DNA from: an uncultured archaeon
Lineage (GTDB): Archaea > Iainarchaeota > Iainarchaeia > Iainarchaeales > CSSED10-239
Reading direction: 5' to 3'
Length of the DNA: 11,963 nt
NCBI GenBank assembly: GCA_964463155.1
Contig: CAYXAY010000002.1
Location: 40,042-52,004, forward strand
Part shown: positions 1 through 4,862 of the stretch, one piece after another
Layout of the letters: each line of letters begins with the position of its first letter
Numbering within the stretch: the first letter of the stretch is position 1
The notes under the pieces: generated by a model
What the model was told of the DNA's origin: nothing
Databases searched by the model: none
The model's input: the letters and a program-made list of their open reading frames with translations, nothing else
Program-made: the position numbers and the translations under genes

Positions 1-112
1 TTTTGCTTTTTTTTTTTTCTGGAGTCTCTGAGGAATACACTTTCTCTTGTTCTCCGTTTTCTATCTTATCAAAAGGGTCTGTTCCATCTCCCTTAGATTT
101 CTCTATAACCAT
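1..112 (-). CDS. hypothetical protein, N-terminal fragment running off the window start
   Basis: ATG at 112..110 opens a frame that stays open to position 1: MVIEKSKGDGTDPFDKIENGEQEKVYSSETPEKKKSK. The sequence is charged and low complexity. The T12 run at 7..18 is read as a Lys run. No family recognised. Confidence 0.3.
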   Translation of the reverse strand, partial: MVIEKSKGDGTDPFDKIENGEQEKVYSSETPEKKKSK

Positions 113-204
113 AACTACTCAAAAATATATTTTAATCTATTTAATATAAGAAACTAAACAAATATAATATATTAGGGTTTTAAAAGATTTGCAATTGCGA
201 AAAA

Positions 205-798
205 TTAGTATCTTCTAAGCTTGTCTATTCCAAGTTCTATTATTTGTTTATGCATACTTTCTGTTAGCTCTATGTCTTTTCTTAGATATTTGTCTATTTG
301 CTTTTTGCCACCTTCTCGGTCATCTTGAAAATAAAGTCTGGAAATATCGCTACCAGCGTTTTCATCAAGCTCTATACCCATGGCTTTACCAAAGTCTTTT
401 AGGCCACCTCTTGTCTTTCCTGTCCTAAAAAAAGACACAGCATCTCTTAAATCAATAATCTCGTTACCAGAGATTGGAAGAACTTTAACTTTGTTAACAA
501 AGCATCTTGTAATAATAAAAGGCATATCAAAACTTAAAATATTAAAACCAACAACCCTTAGACTTGTGCCATTCCCTCTAAGTTTAGCTATTGTCTGCCA
601 CATGTCTACAAGAAGTTTTTTCTCATTATCGTCTTGAAGAATTATTGTGTCTTTACTATCTGAGAATTTTAGACCAATAGCAATAACTCTTGAGTCTATG
701 GGGTTAAGAAGCTTAAGCTTTGCTTCTTCGTCCTCTAAAAAAAAATATAGGGCCTTATCAATTGGACAAGTTTCGATATCAAGATATAAATAATTCAT
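205..798 (-). CDS. stand-alone DEDDy 3'-5' exonuclease related to the PolB exonuclease domain (COG3298/PF10108-like)
   Basis: 197-aa ORF with three exonuclease motifs: Exo I YLDIET at the N-terminus, Exo II GFNILSFDMPFI, and Exo III YLRKDIELT (Y-x3-D). Confidence 0.8.
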   Translation of the reverse strand: MNYLYLDIETCPIDKALYFFLEDEEAKLKLLNPIDSRVIAIGLKFSDSKDTIILQDDNEKKLLVDMWQTIAKLRGNGTSLRVVGFNILSFDMPFIITRCFVNKVKVLPISGNEIIDLRDAVSFFRTGKTRGGLKDFGKAMGIELDENAGSDISRLYFQDDREGGKKQIDKYLRKDIELTESMHKQIIELGIDKLRRY

Positions 799-858
799 AT
801 ATATTAATGAAAGAAAAATCCTATAAATAGATTGTAAAAAGAAAAAACTAAAGTAAAT

Positions 859-1089
859 CTACTTTAGTCTTTGGTTCTTGTAAACTTTTGCTATTCTTTC
901 CTGAACAAAAGCAATCTTGTTTCTTTCGTTCATTAATCTGTCATAGACTTCTTTTGGAACTTTGTGGTATTGATATAAATATCCCAAGTTATATTCTATT
1001 TCTAGAATCTCCTTTTCAGAATCATACCCAATAGATATCATGTTTCCAATCATTCTATTGTCTTTATCACTTACTGGTTGTCTTTCCAT
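859..1089 (-). CDS. KTSC domain protein
   Basis: 76 aa. The pattern ISIGYDSEKEILEIEYNLGYLYQYHKVPKEVYDRLMNE matches the KTSC (PF13619) signature s-x-GYD...LeIeF..G..Y.Y..VP..vy..l. A GGAG Shine-Dalgarno lies about 10 nt upstream of the ATG. Confidence 0.7.
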   Translation of the reverse strand: MERQPVSDKDNRMIGNMISIGYDSEKEILEIEYNLGYLYQYHKVPKEVYDRLMNERNKIAFVQERIAKVYKNQRLK

Positions 1090-1138
1090 TTTTATTCATC
1101 TCCAATTTTAGTGTAAATTTTATTATCTAATTAGACAC

Positions 1139-1162
1139 AATAGATATTTAAATAGATATTTT
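1139..1162. repeat. 12-bp tandem duplication AATAGATATTTA / AATAGATATTTT
   Basis: Read directly. It lies 50-73 nt upstream of the KTSC gene start (minus strand) and overlaps TATA-like sequence (minus TTTAAATATC). Confidence 0.6.
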
Positions 1163-1237
1163 TGATCTTTTATTATCTTATTTGGCCTTATTTTTATTGT
1201 CTTTCTGTGTGCTTTAGGTCAATTGTGGCGAGCGTTA

Positions 1238-1462
1238 TTATTTAGATATTTGCCAACTCCACTTTTTCTGTTTAAGATTTAATTTGAATCCAAAAGTGGT
1301 TTTAAAATTATTTTTATTTTTCATTGTTTTCATTCCTATTGGTGTTAATCCAACTATAACAAATTTCTGTAATCTCCCTATTTTTTCTTTAAACAAAGTA
1401 ATCTTAATTGTATCAATTTCTATTAAATATTTAATGGCCTTATCTAATCTCCAAGAACCCAC
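1238..1462 (-). CDS. hypothetical protein (GTG start); possibly the 3' part of a frameshifted longer gene
   Basis: 74-codon ORF beginning with GTG, no family recognised. An upstream ATG-initiated 32-codon ORF (1444..1542) overlaps it in another frame across a GGGG run (see findings). Confidence 0.3.
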   Translation of the reverse strand: MGSWRLDKAIKYLIEIDTIKITLFKEKIGRLQKFVIVGLTPIGMKTMKNKNNFKTTFGFKLNLKQKKWSWQISK

Positions 1463-1579
1463 CCCGTTTCTTTTAATAAATTTTTTGCAAGGATTGATAG
1501 ATTATTTGCACCCTCTTTATAGAAATAATAATTCTCCTGCATCTTTTTTTCTAGTCCTGTTTTTTCATAAAATATATAT

Positions 1580-1589
1580 AAAAAAAAAA
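1580..1589 (-). terminator. oligo-T (T10) archaeal-type terminator of mscL
   Basis: A10 on the plus strand directly abuts the mscL stop codon (1590..1592), giving T10 on the transcribed strand. Confidence 0.6.
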
Positions 1590-1898
1590 TTACTTTTTTG
1601 TAACTTTTTCTTCCTTAAATAGATATTTCGCAATCATAAATACTACAAAGGCAATTATTACGAAATTAAGCACTCCTCCTACAAAAGCACCCCAACCAAT
1701 GACTATTGGGCCTATTGAAAAGGTTGCTGTTTGCCAGGCTCCACCTGGAATAAATGGCGTTATTATTGGCATGATAATGTTATCAACTAAGGACTTAACT
1801 AAAGCCGTGATTGCTGCACCAATAATGAAAGCAACAGCAAGTCCCATTACCTTATATTCCTCTAGAAACTCCTTAAATTCCCTAAAGATCTTTAACAT
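1590..1898 (-). CDS. mscL: large-conductance mechanosensitive channel MscL
   Basis: 102 aa. FREFKEFL...MGLAVAFIIGAA...LVDNIIMP and a second TM ending in a KKEE-type tail align with canonical MscL (E. coli [38 protein letters not shown]). GGAGG lies 7 nt upstream of the ATG. Confidence 0.9.
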   Translation of the reverse strand: MLKIFREFKEFLEEYKVMGLAVAFIIGAAITALVKSLVDNIIMPIITPFIPGGAWQTATFSIGPIVIGWGAFVGGVLNFVIIAFVVFMIAKYLFKEEKVTKK

Positions 1899-1982
1899 AA
1901 CTTTGCCTCCAAATATAGATATCTGAACAAGATGATTTATAAATTGTGTTTTTTAGAAACAGTTAGTTTTTATAAGTAGAAT

Positions 1983-2065
1983 CGCAGAGGACGAGATTCG
2001 AACTCGCGTAGTCGTGAGACTCTAGCTTTCCAGGCTAGTGCGTTTGACCACTCCGCCACCTCTGC
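1983..2065 (-). tRNA. tRNA-Ser (anticodon GGA), class II with long variable arm, no intron, no encoded CCA
   Basis: Hand-folded cloverleaf from the reverse complement. Acceptor GCAGAGG/CCTCTGC. 3-bp D stem GCG/CGC. Anticodon stem CTAGC/GCTAG with loop CTGGAAA. Variable arm AGTC-TCAC-GACT. T arm GCGAG-TTCGAAT-CTCGT. Discriminator G. Confidence 0.93.
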
Positions 2066-2102
2066 ATGAACTGGTTGCACTCAGTTCACACACAGCCAAT
2101 TT

Positions 2103-2113
2103 GTGCATGGCAC
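2103..2113 (-). promoter_or_regulatory. GTGC-N3-GCAC palindrome directly upstream of a weak TATA-like AAATT, in the tRNA-Ser(GGA) promoter region
   Basis: Minus strand reads GTGC CAT GCAC followed by AAATTGG. Exactly 37 nt (2066..2102) separate it from tRNA position 1. The same architecture occurs upstream of tRNA-Ser(UGA). Confidence 0.4.
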
Positions 2114-2137
2114 TGAACTCATTTCTTCAACCAAAAG

Positions 2138-2159
2138 AAAAAACTCCTTGAGAAAAAAA
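2138..2159 (-). terminator. oligo-T terminator (T7 then T6) after the DUF4405-like gene
   Basis: A7 (2153..2159) abuts the stop codon at 2160..2162. A second A6 lies at 2138..2143. Both are T-runs on the transcribed strand. Confidence 0.5.
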
Positions 2160-2432
2160 TCAATTTTGTTTTTTAACAAATCTGGCTTTGGTAATGTTTG
2201 TAAATACGTTGAAATGTAATATGAAATGTATTACGGATAAAATAATCATTGCAATTCCAGAAACCCTGTGCGCCAATGACCAATAAATTTTGGCAATTCC
2301 TAAAAATAATTCAAATCCTGATTGTCGTCCATTTGGAAAAAAGAAAAGCAAAACTATACTTGTTATTACTAAAACTATAAATGATAGTAACAACAAAACA
2401 TGAACAAAATAATTTAATTTAATTTTATACAT
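2160..2432 (-). CDS. small integral membrane protein, DUF4405-like (His-rich TM helices)
   Basis: Start moved to the internal ATG at 2432 (MYKIKLNYF...), because the longer ORF would overlap the upstream gene. AGGGG lies about 6 nt upstream. There are about 3 TM segments, and SLAHRVSGIAMIILSVIHFILH resembles the conserved His pattern of DUF4405. Confidence 0.6.
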   Translation of the reverse strand: MYKIKLNYFVHVLLLLSFIVLVITSIVLLFFFPNGRQSGFELFLGIAKIYWSLAHRVSGIAMIILSVIHFILHFNVFTNITKARFVKKQN

Positions 2433-2442
2433 TGTTTCCCCT

Positions 2443-2781
2443 TTAATGAACGGAAGCACCTGTTGTTACTTTTTCTGTTGGAAAAAGTAATGCTTCAACT
2501 TCAGCATCGCCTATGGCAAGAATCATGCCTTGACTAACAAGTCCAGCCATCTTTCTTGGAGCAAGGTTAATTACTACTGGTATTTGCTTTTCTAAAATAT
2601 ATTCCGGAGAATATTTGCTTGCAATTCCTGCAATCACTTGTCTTTTGAAATATCCAAAATCAATTACAAGCCTTAAAAGCTTTTGACTGTTTTCTACTTT
2701 TTCTGCAACGATTATCGTTCCTACTCTAATGTCAAGTTTTGAAAAATCATCAAAAGTAATAATTGGTTTTTCTTCTGACAT
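2443..2781 (-). CDS. tRNA-binding domain protein (Trbp111/CsaA/EMAPII-like OB fold)
   Basis: From the internal Met: MSEEKPIITFDDFSKLDIRVGTIIVAEKVENSQKLLRLVIDFG...RQVIAGIASKY...VVINLAPRKMAGLVSQGMILA. This is the classic F-x-K-x-D-x-RVG-x-I...A-x-KL...G...RQI-x-SGI...NL-x-P-x-K-x-x-G-x-x-S-x-GM signature. The track ORF's extra 52 N-terminal codons run through the tRNA gene and are rejected. Confidence 0.85.
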   Translation of the reverse strand: MSEEKPIITFDDFSKLDIRVGTIIVAEKVENSQKLLRLVIDFGYFKRQVIAGIASKYSPEYILEKQIPVVINLAPRKMAGLVSQGMILAIGDAEVEALLFPTEKVTTGASVH

Positions 2782-2805
2782 AATTGATCTTTTAGTTGTT
2801 TTTAT

Positions 2806-2888
2806 CGCAGAGAACGAGATTCGAACTCGCGTAGTCTTTCGACTCCAGCTCTCAAGGCTGGCGCGTTTGGCCACTCCGCCATCTCTGC
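2806..2888 (-). tRNA. tRNA-Ser (anticodon UGA), class II, no intron, no encoded CCA
   Basis: Cloverleaf from the reverse complement. Acceptor GCAGAGA/TCTCTGC. D stem GCG/CGC. Anticodon stem CCAGC/GCTGG with loop CTTGAGA. Variable arm AGTC-GAAA-GACT. T arm GCGAG-TTCGAAT-CTCGT. Discriminator G. It is a paralogue of the Ser-GGA gene (identical T arm). Confidence 0.93.
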
Positions 2889-2923
2889 AGAATAGGTTTC
2901 GCGCGATTCGTGCGCAATACATT

Positions 2924-2939
2924 TCGTGCCTATGCACGA
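2924..2939 (-). promoter_or_regulatory. TCGTGC-N4-GCACGA palindrome directly upstream of TATA-like AAATGTATT, in the tRNA-Ser(UGA) promoter region
   Basis: Perfect 6-bp arms with core GTGC/GCAC. The proximal core edge (2926) is exactly 37 nt from tRNA position 1 (2888), identical to the Ser-GGA locus. Confidence 0.4.
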
Positions 2940-3054
2940 TAATTTTTCACCCAGTTCGTAGGCGTTCTTTTTATGGTTATTATTACCCTATTTAAAAACC
3001 CAGTAATTTTGGTAGGAAATATATATTTTATGACCAAAAACCTATATAAATTAA

Positions 3055-3483
3055 TTACTTTTTAAAAGTTGTGTGAAATAGGAAGGCGTCTTCCATTTCT
3101 ATATTTTCTAGTATCCTTGTGGCTATTGAAGGATTATAGTTTTCTGTAACAAACTCTATTAGGCAGAACTTTATATATTGCTTTGCAGAGTCTTTTGTCA
3201 AAACTTGATTTTTTCTATAGTTTTCAAACCTAGCAACTAGAATGTCTTCTAGTTTTTTAAGTTTTTGTTCAATGATTATGCCATCTATTGACTCTTCGGA
3301 GGACAAGGTGTTTTCAAGTCTTCTTGTTATCTCATCTATATTTACATCTAGATAGGCGTTAAGCGTTTGCTTGATTGGTTTTAGTTTATTTAGTCTCTCT
3401 TGTTTTTGTTTTGATTTTCTTTGTGGCTCTGTTATCATCTCTGTGTTGTTAGAGAAAAATTTCTTTCTTTTCTGTATAGCCAT
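3055..3483 (-). CDS. hypothetical protein (basic N-terminus, helical, no family recognised)
   Basis: Long ORF. I prefer the ATG at 3483 (MAIQKRKKFF...) over the TTG at 3501 used by the track. The true start is uncertain because a TTTATATA box lies only 7-14 nt upstream of this ATG. Confidence 0.5.
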   Translation of the reverse strand: MAIQKRKKFFSNNTEMITEPQRKSKQKQERLNKLKPIKQTLNAYLDVNIDEITRRLENTLSSEESIDGIIIEQKLKKLEDILVARFENYRKNQVLTKDSAKQYIKFCLIEFVTENYNPSIATRILENIEMEDAFLFHTTFKK

Positions 3484-3632
3484 ATATAATATATAAACCA
3501 AAAGAAATAAAAAGGAAAAGAAGAATATTAAAAATCATCCTTTTTTTATTGGGACACAAGCACGCCCTGAACAAAAATCAAAGCTACTAACTCCGCACCC
3601 TTTATTTGTAGAATTTATAAAAGAAGCCAAAG

Positions 3633-3671
3633 AAAAAAAAAGAAAGAAAAAAATAAAATCAACTTGATTTT
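3633..3671 (-). terminator. hairpin plus oligo-T terminator of the 300-aa membrane protein gene
   Basis: Perfect palindrome AAAATCAA-C-TTGATTTT (3655..3671) overlaps the stop codon. On the transcribed strand it is followed by T7 (3647..3653) and T9 (3633..3641). Confidence 0.6.
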
Positions 3672-4572
3672 ATTTTGAAAACTTTTCCTGAATTTCCTTT
3701 AATTTATCTTTTTCTATATTATTCCTCTTAGACTCACTTAATGCTGTTTCTGCTATTGTTTGACAATTTATTGTTTTTCCGGTGTTTGCGTTAGTTAATA
3801 AACCGTCATCCGTTTTTATGTATGCTGTTAAATATACGTCATAATTTAAACCAGAAGATAGCATTGTTATGGCTTTTGTTGGAAAATTACCTATGAATGT
3901 ATGCTGGCTATCTGGTGATCTTGCGTGTGTCCAATCAAAAGAATTTACTCCTCCGTCTTGGTCCAAAATAGATAAATAGAGATGCACTCTTGGATTGTTA
4001 TTTATATTAGAAAGTCTTAATTTGTATTGTCCAGGGCATTCAAAATTAAAAGTAGTCGCTTCAGAAAATGCTTCTGTATTTGGATTTGAAACAAATTCTT
4101 TTTGTTTGTAAATCTCTCTTCCATTTTCAAAAACAAAATGTCCATAAAGCAATGTTGAAACAGATAAATTGTTTTTTGTAAACGGAATATAAGAATATGA
4201 AAATCCGTGTGCTGAATATTTGCCAGAATCATTTAATTTAAGTTTTAATTCATTATAGCTTCCTGATGCGATGCCTGTAGTAGATAAAACAAATTGTGTG
4301 CTTTTTTGTAAATTTGCTGGAACAGTTGATTCTGCATATTCGTATTGATAGAAATAATAGTGTTTTTCCTGAAACCCCCCTATATCAAACCATTGAGCTA
4401 ATCTTAATTCTCCAAACAAAGAATTGTCCGCGGTTATATACTGAGCTTCTTGAAGTGAAGCTTTTGCTTGTCCTGTTGTTGTCAAATTGGTTAGTACTAA
4501 CCCTAATATTACACCAATCACTAAAGCTACTAGTGCCCAAATGATTAATGATTTTTTATTTTCTTTTGCCAT
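3670..4572 (-). CDS. membrane-anchored or secreted beta-rich surface protein, no family recognised
   Basis: 300 aa. The N-terminus MAKENKKS-LIIWALVALVIGVILGLVL is a charged head plus a single hydrophobic helix. The remainder is Ser/Thr/Asn/Tyr rich with two Cys. GGAGG lies 8 nt upstream of the ATG, and TTTATAAG lies about 41-48 nt upstream. Confidence 0.7.
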   Translation of the reverse strand: MAKENKKSLIIWALVALVIGVILGLVLTNLTTTGQAKASLQEAQYITADNSLFGELRLAQWFDIGGFQEKHYYFYQYEYAESTVPANLQKSTQFVLSTTGIASGSYNELKLKLNDSGKYSAHGFSYSYIPFTKNNLSVSTLLYGHFVFENGREIYKQKEFVSNPNTEAFSEATTFNFECPGQYKLRLSNINNNPRVHLYLSILDQDGGVNSFDWTHARSPDSQHTFIGNFPTKAITMLSSGLNYDVYLTAYIKTDDGLLTNANTGKTINCQTIAETALSESKRNNIEKDKLKEIQEKFSK

Positions 4573-4634
4573 TTTGGTTTCCTCCGTTTATTTTGTTTAT
4601 GTTTTTATTTTCTTATAAATATATTATTAATTGA

Positions 4635-4644
4635 GGGGGGGGGG
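4635..4644. repeat. G10 (C10 on the gene strand) homopolymer tract in the promoter region of the surface-protein gene
   Basis: Read directly: ttgaGGGGGGGGGGaagat. It is the only G/C homopolymer longer than 6 in this AT-rich window and lies 63-72 nt upstream of the ATG at 4572. Confidence 0.9.
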
Positions 4645-4752
4645 AAGATTTTATAAATGTGTCGCTTGTTTAGGTTTAGAATAGAATCACATTTCTTTTT
4701 TTATTTTTATTTTCTTTTGACGCCGTATAGTTCTTTTCTTTTGGCACCAACA

Positions 4753-4778
4753 TTTTCTTTTCTTGTAAGAAAAGAAAA
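4753..4778 (-). terminator. perfect 12+2+12 inverted repeat TTTTCTTTTCTT-GT-AAGAAAAGAAAA, 8 nt downstream of tRNA-Gly
   Basis: Read directly. On the transcribed strand the first arm is itself T-rich (TTTTCTTTTCTT), consistent with an archaeal oligo-T terminator with hairpin potential. Confidence 0.5.
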
Positions 4779-4786
4779 GGCAGAGA

Positions 4787-4858
4787 TGCAACTACCGGGA
4801 TTCGAACCCGAGTCTCAAGCTTGGGAAGCTTACATCCTAACCACTAGACTATAGTTGC
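4787..4858 (-). tRNA. tRNA-Gly (anticodon CCC), 72 nt, no intron, no encoded CCA
   Basis: Cloverleaf from the reverse complement. Acceptor GCAACTA/TAGTTGC. D arm GTCT-AGTGGTTA-GGAT. Anticodon stem TAAGC/GCTTG with loop TTCCCAA. T arm TCGGG-TTCGAAT-CCCGG. Discriminator A. TATA-like ATTAAATTT sits at -35..-27, inside the 3' end of the upstream CDS. Confidence 0.9.
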
Positions 4859-4862
4859 ATTT

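Noticed and set aside
380-637. 85-aa plus-strand ORF
   Set aside because: It lies entirely antisense within the well-supported DEDDy exonuclease CDS and carries no motifs.
1284-1622. 112-aa plus-strand ORF
   Set aside because: The translation is Phe/Leu/Ile-rich and low complexity, typical of a shadow frame in AT-rich DNA. It overlaps the mscL 3' end and the opposite-strand ORFs, and has no SD or motif.
1241-1629. Additional copies of the TAGATATTT motif (near 1241 and 1621) as a dispersed regulatory repeat
   Set aside because: Both extra copies fall inside coding sequence (WQISK and KYLFK codons), and the motif is almost pure A/T. They are most likely coincidental, so only the tandem pair at 1139..1162 is reported.
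1699-1926. 75-aa plus-strand ORF
   Set aside because: It is antisense to mscL, which has a full-length family match.
2066-2125. C/D box sRNA co-transcribed upstream of tRNA-Ser(GGA)
   Set aside because: Only degenerate box-like strings (AUGAGUU, CUGA) are present. The putative C'/D spacing leaves about 1 nt of guide, which is not a viable C/D architecture.
2782-2937. N-terminal 52-codon extension of the track ORF 2443..2937
   Set aside because: It runs straight through the tRNA-Ser(UGA) gene (2806..2888) and translates to an implausible Arg/Cys-rich sequence. The conserved tRNA-binding domain begins at the internal Met (2781).
2729-2995. 88-aa plus-strand ORF
   Set aside because: It overlaps the tRNA-Ser(UGA) gene and the tRNA-binding protein CDS on the opposite strand.
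3551-3600. GC-rich island as a tRNA half or tRNA pseudogene
   Set aside because: The minus strand starts GGGTGCG, like an acceptor stem, but no D arm, T arm (GTTCRAATC) or complementary acceptor strand can be found.
4017-4544. Track ORFs 4017..4232 (-) and 4296..4544 (+)
   Set aside because: Both are alternative-frame or antisense ORFs nested in the 300-aa surface-protein CDS, which has an SD, a TATA box and a terminator.
2889-4786. Integrated mobile or viral element between tRNA-Ser(UGA) and tRNA-Gly carrying the two orphan genes
   Set aside because: There is no integrase or recombinase, no direct repeat of a tRNA 3' segment that could serve as att sites, and the composition is not visibly different from the rest of the window.
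4657-4854. 65-aa plus-strand ORF
   Set aside because: It runs through the polypyrimidine terminator region and antisense across tRNA-Gly.
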